A DNA stretch of 32,000 bases from Desulfotalea psychrophila LSv54. Its GTDB lineage: Bacteria > Desulfobacterota > Desulfobulbia > Desulfobulbales > Desulfocapsaceae. Under the pieces are notes generated by a model, which was not told the DNA's origin, did not search any database, and saw nothing but the letters and a program-made list of their open reading frames with translations. The position numbers and the translations under genes are program-made. Shown here piece by piece: positions 1 through 8,625 of this stretch (its first letter is position 1; every line of letters begins with the position of its first letter). The DNA lies in contig NC_006138.1 in assembly GCF_000025945.1 (NCBI RefSeq), positions 360,001-392,000 of the forward strand, read 5' to 3'.

Positions 1-576
1 TATGACCTCCTGCTTCTCTTTTCGCACCCGCTTTTCATGCAAAAATTGCCGATGAACTAACTGCGCATCGACATTTTTTTGTTTTTGCAGAGAGGAGGCT
101 AACTTCTTTTTGATTCTCAAAAGCTCACTGACACTATCGTGAGACATCATATGCACATCCCCATAACACTCGGAGAGGACTGCCCCCGGAATATGGGGGT
201 GAGAGCACACTGCCCAAAAAGCACCGGCGACCTCTCCAGCCTCCAGAGACTTTTGCCAAAGCCTACACAGATCCTCGCTCTCCCTAAGTCTGTGAAAGGA
301 GATAATATACCTCTGATACTTCAAATTAAGAAGTTTCTGCATGGCCACACTTGCCACACATTGGTAATGGGCAAAACGAACAAACCTCGTGTGCAATTCA
401 AAAGGAGAGACAAATTCTCCACCACGAACCTCTCTCTTTTTATTTATCTTAACCAGTTCTGGCTGGGTGATACAGGTACCAATAATGGCACATTGATAGC
501 CATCTGGAACATCCCATAAATTCCGTCCCTTACCGCCAGTACAACGTTGAACCCTTCGCGCCTTTAAGCTTGCCAT
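1..576 (-). CDS. DUF2325-like protein, N-terminal part (runs off left edge of window)
   Basis: Missing from the ORF track because it is cut by the window edge. Reverse-strand translation from ATG at 576 is open for 192 codons: MASLKARRVQRCTGGKGRNLWDVPDGYQCAIIGTCITQPELVKI...AGAFWAVCSHPHIPGAVLSECYGDVHMMSHDSVSELLRIKKKLASSLQKQ... The 'CxIIGTC', 'GAFWA..SHP' and 'xYGDVHMxSH' stretches plus a coiled coil resemble the N-terminal half of DUF2325 proteins. Confidence 0.7.
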   Translation of the reverse strand, partial: MASLKARRVQRCTGGKGRNLWDVPDGYQCAIIGTCITQPELVKINKKREVRGGEFVSPFELHTRFVRFAHYQCVASVAMQKLLNLKYQRYIISFHRLRESEDLCRLWQKSLEAGEVAGAFWAVCSHPHIPGAVLSECYGDVHMMSHDSVSELLRIKKKLASSLQKQKNVDAQLVHRQFLHEKRVRKEKQEVI

Positions 577-1078
577 CCCCCCTCCTCAAAACATTATCAG
601 CCAAGCAATCAATATATTAAACACCCCTAACTTTTACCGTCTTAATATAAAAAAAGCAAATATCTTACCTAAAACAAGGAGGTTTCTCAAAAGAGGCTGA
701 CCAGCTCCACCACGCCAGTCAACAGGACTAGATCAGATGCCAGAACAAGCCCCGGCAGACTCTTCCGTTCATCGGCACCTAGTCAGCCCCATTCTGTTCA
801 TGCCCCCTTAGCCCTTGAGCCTCGGTAAAAATTTGCAAAAGCACTTCACCTGAAGGCCTGCATCGATCCGCAACGGATGAGGGTGAGGTACACGCTTCAC
901 TCTCTTTTTTCAAAGAGGGGTATAAAAAAAGCCCAACAAACCCAAGCAGATCTTTACGACCACCAACGGATCTGGTAAAAGAAATAATAGGGGCTATATT
1001 GCTGTAAGAACGTCTAGTTTCTCCAACTGAACAACGGATCGCTCTGCTCTATTTTTTACACCAAGAGGACGCTATAAG

Positions 1079-1321
1079 AAGAGTTCTATTGTAGATGATG
1101 ATATTGCTCTGGATGCTGCAGAGAAATTTAAGTAAATGCTCCTCCATGTTGAATTCCTTGTTAGCAGTTCGGGGAAACAGACTCTCTCCTGCCTGAGTAG
1201 CAGAAGTGCTCAGTTGGTGGTAAACGATATCAATATGCCCGGGATGAATGGCCTGGACGAGGACGAACAATTTCAGGACGGCACCCTGCAAGTATCCGGG
1301 GAGCAGAGGCACCTGCAATAA
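1079..1321 (+). pseudogene. Response-regulator receiver domain remnant
   Basis: One frame reads YKKSSIVDDDIALDAAEKFK*MLLHVEFLVSSSGKQTLSCLSSRSAQLVVNDINMPGMNGLDE. It has the receiver-type DDD and the DxxMPxMxG motif at about the expected spacing, interrupted by TAA at 1133 and ending soon after. Confidence 0.55.
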
Positions 1322-1373
1322 GCGCCAGGACAGACCTGCAAACTCTCTTGCTAAAAGCTACAGTTAACAATAA

Positions 1374-1763
1374 CGAAACAACAGAGAGGATAGCGAACGA
1401 GAAGAATTTGCAACCAATAAATTTGTTGAGCAGTGCATCGACATCAAAGGCGTTAACACCGCATACCTCGTTGGCCGGGATGGTTTTCCCCAGAACAGTA
1501 TCACCCGCCAGAGTATCAATACTGAAATGATAGGGGCAATTGTCTCCTCCGGTTTTAGTTCTGCCAAATCCATGGCAAACCAGCTAGGATAGTGAGAACT
1601 TAATACAACCATGTTAGAATATGAAAATAGCCCCGTCAGGACTGCCCCTTTTGCTCGCGAGGCATTTCTCGTTGCCATAGCTGATCGGGAAACAAATTTG
1701 GCTTGATCAAGAATCAGTATCAAGAAAAATACAAAGAGAATAAAACAGGCAGCGGGTCTCTAA
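1374..1763 (+). pseudogene. Roadblock/LC7-domain protein remnant
   Basis: Frame reads ..EREEFATNKFVEQCIDIKGVNTAYLVGRDGFPQNSITRQSINTEMIGAIVSSGFSSAKSMANQLG**ELNTTMLEYENSPVRTAPFAREAFLVAIADRETNLA*SRISIKKNTKRIKQAAGL*. Roadblock-like throughout, but with in-frame TAG (1590), TGA (1593) and TGA (1704). Confidence 0.6.
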
Positions 1764-1811
1764 AGGATCTGTAAAAAATATACGTGTTCCAAACACATAA
1801 CAATTAATTAA

Positions 1812-2510
1812 TTGCAAATGAAGATAATTGGACATAGAGGTTCAGCAGGTACGACACCGGAAAACACCCTCCTCTCTTTCGCTGAAGTGATGAAAAGTGG
1901 AGCATACGCCATAGAATTTGATGTACAAAAATGCGCCACAGGCCAGCTCGTTGTCATCCACGATCCACGCGTCGACAGGACAACAAATGGTTCAGGACTT
2001 GTTCGCGAAATGAGCTTAGATGAACTGCGAGCCCTGGACGCAGGAAAAAACGAACAAATCCCCCTTCTAACGGAGGTGCTTGACCTGGTTGCGGGAAGAA
2101 TTAAAGTGAACATCGAGTTGAAGAGCCTTGGTACAGCGGCAAAGACAGCTGAAATACTTGACCAATATGTCATTGATGGTAAATTTACCTACGATCAGTT
2201 TCTTGTCAGCTCCTTTGTCCATCCTGAGTTGATGCTCTTTCAGGCACTCTGCCCGCAGTGTCTTATTGCCCTGCTTATCGCCCATGTCCCGGCCAATCAC
2301 GCCGACACATACGCACAGATGAATATTTGGTCCCTTAACATCAACCTCAATAGTGCCTCTGAGGCATTTGTCCAATCTGCCCATAAAAACAACTTTCAAA
2401 TCTTTGTCTACACGGTCAACCACCCCGATGATTTTTTACGATTGCAACAGATGGGTGTTGATGGCATTTTTACCGATTACCCATCTCGTTTTTGCCAAGA
2501 CAAAAGCTAA
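1812..2510 (+). CDS. ugpQ: Glycerophosphodiester phosphodiesterase family protein
   Basis: ORF 232 aa with IGHRGSAGTTPENTLLSF, IEFDVQ, VVIHDPRVDRTTNGSG, IKVNIELK and DGIFTDYP, all GDPD hallmarks. Confidence 0.9.
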   Translation: MQMKIIGHRGSAGTTPENTLLSFAEVMKSGAYAIEFDVQKCATGQLVVIHDPRVDRTTNGSGLVREMSLDELRALDAGKNEQIPLLTEVLDLVAGRIKVNIELKSLGTAAKTAEILDQYVIDGKFTYDQFLVSSFVHPELMLFQALCPQCLIALLIAHVPANHADTYAQMNIWSLNINLNSASEAFVQSAHKNNFQIFVYTVNHPDDFLRLQQMGVDGIFTDYPSRFCQDKS

Positions 2511-2517
2511 CAATACA

Positions 2518-3303
2518 ATGAAAAAATTATCCTACACAAATTCTCACTACAGCTCTCCCTCTCATAACCCGGGAGCTCTCTACAAACTTTTCCCCAGCAC
2601 CTGTTTCTATCTGCGATTTTTAAAAGAGATAATGGTCTCCGCCCATAAGGCCCGGCAAGGGCTTTACACTGGCGAGGCTTGGGTAAACAGTAGTCTTGCC
2701 ATATTGGGTATGTTGGAGAAAATAGGGGTAAGCTTTGACATTTCCGGGATAGAGCACCTACAAAAACAAGACGGGCCAGCGGTAATTATTGGCAACCACA
2801 TGTCCGCCCTGGAGACAGCAATCCTGCCATCTCTTGTCTACCCAAAAAAGCCCGTTACCTTTGTGGTAAAGCAGAGCCTCCTGGACTACCCGGTCTTTAA
2901 ACATGTCGTGGGCGCAAGAAATCCAATAGCCGTAAGCAGAACAAACCCAAGATCAGACCTGAAAACTGTCATGACAGAGGGATGCAAGAGAATAGAAGAG
3001 GGTACCTCTATTATTGTTTTCCCGCAGACAACCCGTTCCCACAGCTTTTCAGCCACGGAGATGAGTTCTATCGGGGTTAAGCTTGCAAAGAAGGCCGGTG
3101 TACCAATAATTCCCCTTGCCCTGCGTACAGACGCCTGGGAAAACGGGAAAAAATTAAAAGATTTTGGCAAAATAAACATCACCAAAAAGGTGTACTTTGC
3201 CTTTGGAAATCCCTTAACAGTGCAGGACAGAGGCACAGAAGAGCAGGAGCATATCTGCAAGTTCATAGAGAACAAACTCCACGAATGGAGCCTCTCTCTA
3301 TAG
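2518..3303 (+). CDS. plsC: 1-acyl-sn-glycerol-3-phosphate acyltransferase (PlsC family)
   Basis: GNHMSALE (HX4D-like variant NHxSxxE), FPQTTRS and VPIIPLAL motifs. ATG at 2518 is in frame with the longer ORF and just follows the upstream stop. Confidence 0.85.
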   Translation: MKKLSYTNSHYSSPSHNPGALYKLFPSTCFYLRFLKEIMVSAHKARQGLYTGEAWVNSSLAILGMLEKIGVSFDISGIEHLQKQDGPAVIIGNHMSALETAILPSLVYPKKPVTFVVKQSLLDYPVFKHVVGARNPIAVSRTNPRSDLKTVMTEGCKRIEEGTSIIVFPQTTRSHSFSATEMSSIGVKLAKKAGVPIIPLALRTDAWENGKKLKDFGKINITKKVYFAFGNPLTVQDRGTEEQEHICKFIENKLHEWSLSL

Positions 3304-3355
3304 GGACCTGCAGAGCAAAAAAATATCTCAGAAGAGATCTTCTGAGATATCTTAT

Positions 3356-3676
3356 CTACAACTCATCATCGACATCAAGTCCGTAATCTTCCTCTTCCTC
3401 TTCCTCATTTCCCTCATCATGGGTCTCAACTTCTTCCACAACCTCGTCGACTTCTGGCTCATCATCATGACGAACAGCCTTGGGAATTTTAGACTCAGGA
3501 AGAATCAATTCTGTTATTCTAGCAATCTCCCCTTTCAGGTCAGGATCGTGAAAGCATACATCACATCGCTCGGCATGCTGTTCAATAAACGATACCATAC
3601 GAGCTGGCGCCATTGTTTCGTCTTGGACATGTCGATGCCAAGATTTAATCAGACTAATAAGTCGTTCACACTGCAT
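3356..3676 (-). CDS. Small conserved-type hypothetical protein with highly acidic C-terminus
   Basis: 106 aa ORF with CDVC motif and tail EPEVDEVVEEVETHDEGNEEEEEEDYGLDVDDEL. The biased acidic tail and compact start/stop support coding. Confidence 0.6.
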   Translation of the reverse strand: MQCERLISLIKSWHRHVQDETMAPARMVSFIEQHAERCDVCFHDPDLKGEIARITELILPESKIPKAVRHDDEPEVDEVVEEVETHDEGNEEEEEEDYGLDVDDEL

Positions 3677-3836
3677 TATATTTTATTTTAGTTAAATTAC
3701 TGTAGGTTGCTAGATATCTCTATCTAACACGGCTTAAAAAAATACCTTAACGATATAATTTTAAGTAAATCTATAAAATGTTGTTTTCAAGGTCAACAAT
3801 TATTAGTATAACAATATTGATTTTAAAAGTTAAGTT

Positions 3837-3934
3837 GGAAGTGGACGGAGCACTGGTGGCTCCCCCGGATTTCAAATCCGGTGTAACGGGTTAATAGCTC
3901 GTTAGGTGGGTTCGATTCCCATGCACTTCCGCCA
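3837..3934 (+). tRNA. selC: tRNA-Sec (anticodon UCA)
   Basis: Acceptor GGAAGTG (3837) pairs with CACTTCC, followed by G and CCA. Anticodon stem CCGGA-TTTCAAA-TCCGG carries TCA. There is a long variable arm, T-arm GGTGGGTTCGATTCCCA, and an unusually long total length of 98 nt. Confidence 0.95.
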
Positions 3935-4049
3935 CAACATTCGTCATGTCCCTCCCCATTATCCTGCATTCCCAGACACCTAAGGTTCTGACACCTAACA
4001 ACACATTCTCATTCAAAAATCTTTATTTATTGCTAAATTTACGAAAACT

Positions 4050-5423
4050 ATGAGCGAGAAAAAAAAACCTGCCATTAACGTAAGCGAAACAATCATCGAA
4101 AGTATTTCCGAAGGTCTTTTCACAGTTGACCACCAACTTAAAATAACGTCATTCAACAGGGCTGCAGAAAAAATCCTTGGTATCTCCAGGCAAGAGGCCA
4201 TAGGTAAGCACTGTTGGGAGATCTTTCAGTCAAACATGTGTGCATTCCACTGTGCCCTGAAACGCACCATAAAAGAAAAAAAATCGTTTACCAACTCATC
4301 TACCTTTATCAGAGACCACAAGCAACAAAAAATTCCAGTTATCGTCTCTACCTCTGTTTTACAAGATGAAGCAGGCAATATTCTAGGGGGCGTCGAAATT
4401 TTTCGCACCAAGGCCACCAGAGAAGAACTGCCAAGAGAAGCAACAGGCAATTTCCATTTGGAAAACATGGTCAGTCGCTCCCCCAAAATGCAAGACCTCT
4501 TCGCCATCCTCAAACAGGTTGCTCAAAGTGACAGTACCGTTCTGGTTGAAGGAGAGACAGGAACAGGCAAGGAACTCCTGGCAAGGGCAATCCACAATCT
4601 TTCCAGTCGAGCAAAACGGCCATTTGTCGCCGTCAACTGCGGCGCCCTCCCAGACACCTTACTGGAATCAGAGCTCTTTGGCTACAAGGCAGGAGCCTTT
4701 ACCGATGCGCGCCACGACAAAGACGGACTCTTTGCCGCAGCTGCAAACGGCACCATTTTTCTTGATGAGATAGGCGACACCAGCCCTGCCTTTCAGGTAC
4801 GCCTCCTTCGAGTTCTCGAAGAGCGAGAATTCCAGCCCCTGGGCAGTACCAAAAAAATAGCAACAAATGCCAGAATTATCACAGCAACCAATAAAGATCT
4901 CAGTCAACTGATCCATAAAGGACTCTTTCGTCAGGATCTTTTTTATCGCATCAACGTCATTATCCTCAAGCTCCCCCCTCTCAGGGAGCGCCGAGAAGAC
5001 ATCCCCTTGCTAATAGAACAAATTATCAGCAAGCTCAACAATATCAAGAATAGACAAATAACAGGCCTTTCTCCCGAGGCAGAAAAGTACCTGCTTTCCC
5101 ATGATTACCCAGGCAATATCAGAGAGTTGGAGAACATCATCGAGCACGCCTTTATCCTCTGTCGCGGCAACACCATTGATTATCCGCATTTCCCTGCCTA
5201 CCTCCAACAGGAGAGTAGACAGGTGACCCTCTCCGCTGACGAGAGCCCCAATAGCTTTGACTGGGCAGAGAAGGAAACTATCCTCAAGGCACTTGAGCAA
5301 AACGGCTATAACCGCCAGGCTGCGGCCGACCATCTCCGAATCCACAAAAGCACCCTCTTCCGCAAAATCAAACGACTCGGTATTAAGCTACCAAATCAAG
5401 ACGGACGTCACCGGAAAAGATAG
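4050..5423 (+). CDS. PAS-domain sigma-54-dependent transcriptional activator (Fis-type HTH)
   Basis: N-terminal PAS (IIESISEGLFTVDHQLKITSFNRAAEKILG); AAA+ GETGTGKE, GAFTDA (variant of GAFTGA), GTIFLDEIGD; C-terminal HTH ILKALEQNGYNRQAAADHLRIHKSTLFRKIKRLGI. Confidence 0.95.
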   Translation: MSEKKKPAINVSETIIESISEGLFTVDHQLKITSFNRAAEKILGISRQEAIGKHCWEIFQSNMCAFHCALKRTIKEKKSFTNSSTFIRDHKQQKIPVIVSTSVLQDEAGNILGGVEIFRTKATREELPREATGNFHLENMVSRSPKMQDLFAILKQVAQSDSTVLVEGETGTGKELLARAIHNLSSRAKRPFVAVNCGALPDTLLESELFGYKAGAFTDARHDKDGLFAAAANGTIFLDEIGDTSPAFQVRLLRVLEEREFQPLGSTKKIATNARIITATNKDLSQLIHKGLFRQDLFYRINVIILKLPPLRERREDIPLLIEQIISKLNNIKNRQITGLSPEAEKYLLSHDYPGNIRELENIIEHAFILCRGNTIDYPHFPAYLQQESRQVTLSADESPNSFDWAEKETILKALEQNGYNRQAAADHLRIHKSTLFRKIKRLGIKLPNQDGRHRKR

Positions 5424-5470
5424 TCGCATAGAGTCGCAACACCGCTCGGCGTGCGACCGTAATGGTCGCA
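5423..5470. promoter_or_regulatory. Candidate activator binding sites (UAS): clustered GTCGCA half-sites
   Basis: GTCGCA at 5423 and 5433, TGCGAC at 5452, GTCGCA at 5465. The last two form TGCGACC-GTAAT-GGTCGCA, a perfect 7-bp inverted repeat, about 105 bp upstream of the sigma-54-like promoter. Confidence 0.55.
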
Positions 5471-5575
5471 AATCTACGCCACTATCTTTCCTAGATGAAA
5501 TGTATACAATTATAAATTGTTCTAAAAACAGACACCTATATCATAGCCCAGCTATTAATAACATATGCACAAAAC

Positions 5576-5590
5576 TGGCACTGCTTTTGC
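5576..5590 (+). promoter_or_regulatory. Sigma-54 (-24/-12) promoter
   Basis: TGGCACTGCTTTTGC matches TGGCAC-N5-TTGC with exact GG-N10-GC spacing, 51 bp upstream of the ATG at 5642 and just downstream of a sigma-54 activator gene. Confidence 0.8.
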
Positions 5591-5641
5591 CTATAAGAGA
5601 GTGACAGTTGATTAATCCTTCACTTAATATAGGTACATAAA

Positions 5642-6010
5642 ATGGATATACTTTTACTTGATGGACAAGAACCCTCTTTTCTCCAATTAAAAAAAAGTCT
5701 TGCTAAGAATGAAAAAAATGAGGTGACCTATACCTCTTCCAGCACAGAGGCAAAAAAGATCATAGGTGCCAATAAGGCAGCGGTCGTCCTTATTGCCGAG
5801 AATCTGGACAGCCAATCCGGGCTGGACTTTGCCAAAGAGATCGTTCCCATGAATCCTTTTATTAATTATGCCCTACAATCATCTCTCCCCTCTGAAAAAT
5901 TTCATGATGTAACGGAAGGATATGGCCTCTTTATGCAACTACCCCTCGATCCAGGAGCGGAAGATGCTGAACAGGTGACTCAAATCATCACCAAAATACA
6001 TCAAATTTAA
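5642..6010 (+). CDS. Receiver-like (pseudo-receiver) protein
   Basis: 122 aa with CheY-like pattern: MDILLLDG...AAVVLIAENLDSQSGLDFAKEI...INYALQSS...GLFMQLPLDP. The usual phospho-acceptor Asp position is Ala and the conserved Lys before Pro is not present. Confidence 0.6.
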   Translation: MDILLLDGQEPSFLQLKKSLAKNEKNEVTYTSSSTEAKKIIGANKAAVVLIAENLDSQSGLDFAKEIVPMNPFINYALQSSLPSEKFHDVTEGYGLFMQLPLDPGAEDAEQVTQIITKIHQI

Positions 6011-6038
6011 AAAAATTGTTCAGTCCCGAGAGAAAACA

Positions 6039-6893
6039 ATGATAATAAGCATCGCCAGCGGCAAAGGTGGTACCGGCAAAACCACAATTTCCACCAACCT
6101 CGCCATAAGCCTTGAAGGTAAGGCCAAGCTTCTTGACTGTGATGTCGAAGAACCCAATGCTCACCTTTTCATCAAACCTGAGATCACTCTACGAGAAGAG
6201 TCCACCGTTTTTGTCCCTGTAATAGATGAATCGCTCTGCAACGGCTGTAAAAAATGTGCCGATATATGCAGATTCAACGCCCTTGCCGTCATTGGCAAGA
6301 AGGTACTCTGCTTCCCCGAACTCTGTCACAGCTGTGAAGGTTGCCTCCTTGTTTGCCCTGAACAGGCGATTTCTGCAGGCACCCGATCCCTTGGCTGGGT
6401 GGAAGAGGGAAAAAGAGAAAATATGGATTTTGTTCAGGGATGCATGCGCATCGGTGAGGCAATGTCACCTCCCCTTATCCGCGATGTCCGTAACAGAATC
6501 AAGGAAGGTGAAATTGCAATCATAGATGCCCCTCCAGGAACATCTTGCCCCGTTATTACCGCCATGAAGGATACCGACTTTGTCCTCTTGGTAACAGAGC
6601 CCACCCCCTTTGGCCTCCACGACCTTACCCTCGCTGTAGAGGCCGTCAAGGCACTTGGTATCCCCTGCGGGCTGATCATCAACCGGGCAAATCTGGGCTA
6701 TGACAAGGTACATGAGTATATAGCCTCGGAACAGATCCCCATCCTCCTGGAAATCCCCTTTGATCGAAAAATTGCTGAAATTTATTCCCAGGGAAAGATT
6801 CTTGTAGACGAATTGCCAGAATGGAAAGAGATTTTCCAGAGTCTTTTCAAAGACATTGTTAATATCATCCAGAAAGAGCAGGTGAAGCAATGA
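6039..6893 (+). CDS. MinD/Mrp-superfamily P-loop ATPase with inserted ferredoxin domain
   Basis: MIISIASGKGGTGKTTISTNLA deviant Walker A; CNGCKKCADIC and CHSCEGCLLVC cysteine clusters; IIDAPPGTSCPV. Confidence 0.93.
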   Translation: MIISIASGKGGTGKTTISTNLAISLEGKAKLLDCDVEEPNAHLFIKPEITLREESTVFVPVIDESLCNGCKKCADICRFNALAVIGKKVLCFPELCHSCEGCLLVCPEQAISAGTRSLGWVEEGKRENMDFVQGCMRIGEAMSPPLIRDVRNRIKEGEIAIIDAPPGTSCPVITAMKDTDFVLLVTEPTPFGLHDLTLAVEAVKALGIPCGLIINRANLGYDKVHEYIASEQIPILLEIPFDRKIAEIYSQGKILVDELPEWKEIFQSLFKDIVNIIQKEQVKQ

Positions 6894-7789
6894 AAGAGCT
6901 TGTTATTATTAGTGGAAAAGGTGGCACAGGCAAGACAAGCATTACTGCGGCATTTGCCTCACTTGCCAAGAATCACATTCTCTGCGACGCAGATGTAGAT
7001 GCAGCCGATCTCCACCTGCTTACCCAGCCGACAATCGAACAGAGCCATGACTTCATGGGCGGCTGCCTAGCCGAGATCCGCCAAGACAAGTGCATAAGCT
7101 GCGGAACATGCCGAGATCTTTGCAAGTTTGGAGCCATCTCAGAAGATTTTGTCGTAGATCCCATTGGCTGTGAAGGCTGCGGTATCTGCGTTGACTTTTG
7201 CCCAGAACAGGCAATTGAATTTCCTCAGCAGAAGTGTGGCGATTGGTTTATCTCCTCCTGTAAATTCGGCCCCATGGTTCATGCCAGACTAGGCATTGCC
7301 GAAGAGAACTCCGGGAAGCTTGTCAGCCTCATCCGTAAGGAGGCAAAACAACTAGCCATGACAGATAGTTATGACTTGATCCTCACCGATGGCCCTCCAG
7401 GTATTGGTTGCCCTGTTATTGCTTCAATCACGGGAGCAACTGCCCTACTTCTGATTGTAGAGCCATCGCTCTCCGGCCTGCATGATATGCAGCGCGTGGC
7501 CCAGCTAGCCCAGCATTTCGCCATACCAACAATGGCCTGTATCAATAAATTTGACCTCAACCTTGAAGTAACAAAAGCCATTGAAGATTCTGCTGAAAAG
7601 TTAGGCCTGACAGTAGTCGGTCACGTTCCATTCAATCCAGTTTTTACCTACTCAATGGTGGAAGGTAAAAATATTTTCGAGTACGGAAAAGAGCCTGAAT
7701 TGCTCGATAATATTAAAGAAATTTGGCAGAAAATATCTTCTTCCAAGCCCATGACAGATAGCGAGAAAATCATACCTCTTGCCCAGTAA
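6890..7789 (+). CDS. MinD/Mrp-superfamily P-loop ATPase with inserted ferredoxin domain (second paralogue)
   Basis: VIISGKGGTGKTSITAAFA; CISCGTCRDLC and CEGCGICVDFC clusters; LTDGPPGIGCPV. Start overlaps the previous stop (ATGA). Confidence 0.93.
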   Translation: MKELVIISGKGGTGKTSITAAFASLAKNHILCDADVDAADLHLLTQPTIEQSHDFMGGCLAEIRQDKCISCGTCRDLCKFGAISEDFVVDPIGCEGCGICVDFCPEQAIEFPQQKCGDWFISSCKFGPMVHARLGIAEENSGKLVSLIRKEAKQLAMTDSYDLILTDGPPGIGCPVIASITGATALLLIVEPSLSGLHDMQRVAQLAQHFAIPTMACINKFDLNLEVTKAIEDSAEKLGLTVVGHVPFNPVFTYSMVEGKNIFEYGKEPELLDNIKEIWQKISSSKPMTDSEKIIPLAQ

Positions 7790-7812
7790 TTTTTACAAGG
7801 AGAACTAAAAAA

Positions 7813-8193
7813 ATGGCTAAAATTCGCATTGCAATCCCATCCAACGGTGAAGGTGGTCTCGACGGAACACGTGCAGGACACTTTGGTCACTGTGATGTCT
7901 TTACCTTTATTGACGCGGAAGATGGAAAAATCATAGAAGTATCAACTACCGAGAACTTGGAGCACATTCAAGGCGGTTGCATGGTGCCTGTTAATCTACT
8001 TGCAGAGCACAAGGTCAACGCCCTGGTTGTCGGTGGTATTGGCATGCGCCCACTCATGGGCTTTAAGCAGGTCGGTATCGAAGTATATCACGATGCAGAA
8101 CGAATGGATATCCGCCCCGTTGTTGAAGATATGCTTGCAGGAAAGCTTCAACTTATTTCAAACGACCAAGTATGTGGTGGTGGTCAACAATAA
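7813..8193 (+). CDS. NifX/NifB-like (dinitrogenase iron-molybdenum cofactor biosynthesis) family protein
   Basis: IAIPSNGEGGLDGTRAGHFGHCDVFTFIDAEDGKI...NLLAEHKVNALVVGGIGMRPLMGF, typical of the family. Confidence 0.88.
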   Translation: MAKIRIAIPSNGEGGLDGTRAGHFGHCDVFTFIDAEDGKIIEVSTTENLEHIQGGCMVPVNLLAEHKVNALVVGGIGMRPLMGFKQVGIEVYHDAERMDIRPVVEDMLAGKLQLISNDQVCGGGQQ

Positions 8194-8220
8194 ACCCATT
8201 AGCCGGTAGAGGAAAATAAA

Positions 8221-8580
8221 ATGAAAATAGCCATAACCGCAACCGGCCCAAACCTGGATAGCCCTATTGATCCCCGTTTTGGCCGAGCTGCCTATATTAT
8301 TATTGTCGATCCAGAGAGCATGATCTTTGAGGCAGTAGACAATAGCACCAACGTCAACTCATTTAAAGGCGCGGGCATCCAAGCAGCCACTATGGTACAC
8401 GACAAAGGCGCAGAAGTGCTGATGACTGGATACTGTGGGCCAAAGGCATTTCAAATAATCGAAACTGCTGGCATCAAAGTGGTAAGCGATACAACAGGCA
8501 CCGTGGCCAATGCAGTGGAGAAATTCAACAAAGGAAATCTCCAATACACAAGCGCAGCAAACGCTGAAGCACACTGGTAA
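8221..8580 (+). CDS. NifX/NifB-like family protein (second paralogue)
   Basis: MKIAITATGPNLDSPIDPRFGRAAYIIIVDPE...AATMVHDKGAEVLMTGYCGPKAFQIIETAGIKVV. Confidence 0.88.
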   Translation: MKIAITATGPNLDSPIDPRFGRAAYIIIVDPESMIFEAVDNSTNVNSFKGAGIQAATMVHDKGAEVLMTGYCGPKAFQIIETAGIKVVSDTTGTVANAVEKFNKGNLQYTSAANAEAHW

Positions 8581-8625
8581 ACTGAACTTGGTAACTGAGT
8601 ATCTGCAGTAAAACGTTTACTCCCA

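Noticed and set aside
139-519. Tracked + strand ORF of 126 aa.
   Set aside because: It is antisense to a better-supported minus-strand ORF (1-576) with family-like motifs.
1590-1706. In-frame TGA codons in the roadblock-like fragment as possible selenocysteine sites, given tRNA-Sec nearby.
   Set aside because: A TAG immediately precedes the first TGA, no start or SECIS-like hairpin was evident, and roadblock proteins are not known selenoproteins. Decay is simpler.
1364-1723. Tracked minus-strand ORF of 119 aa.
   Set aside because: It is the shadow of the roadblock-like remnant on the plus strand, with no domain-like features.
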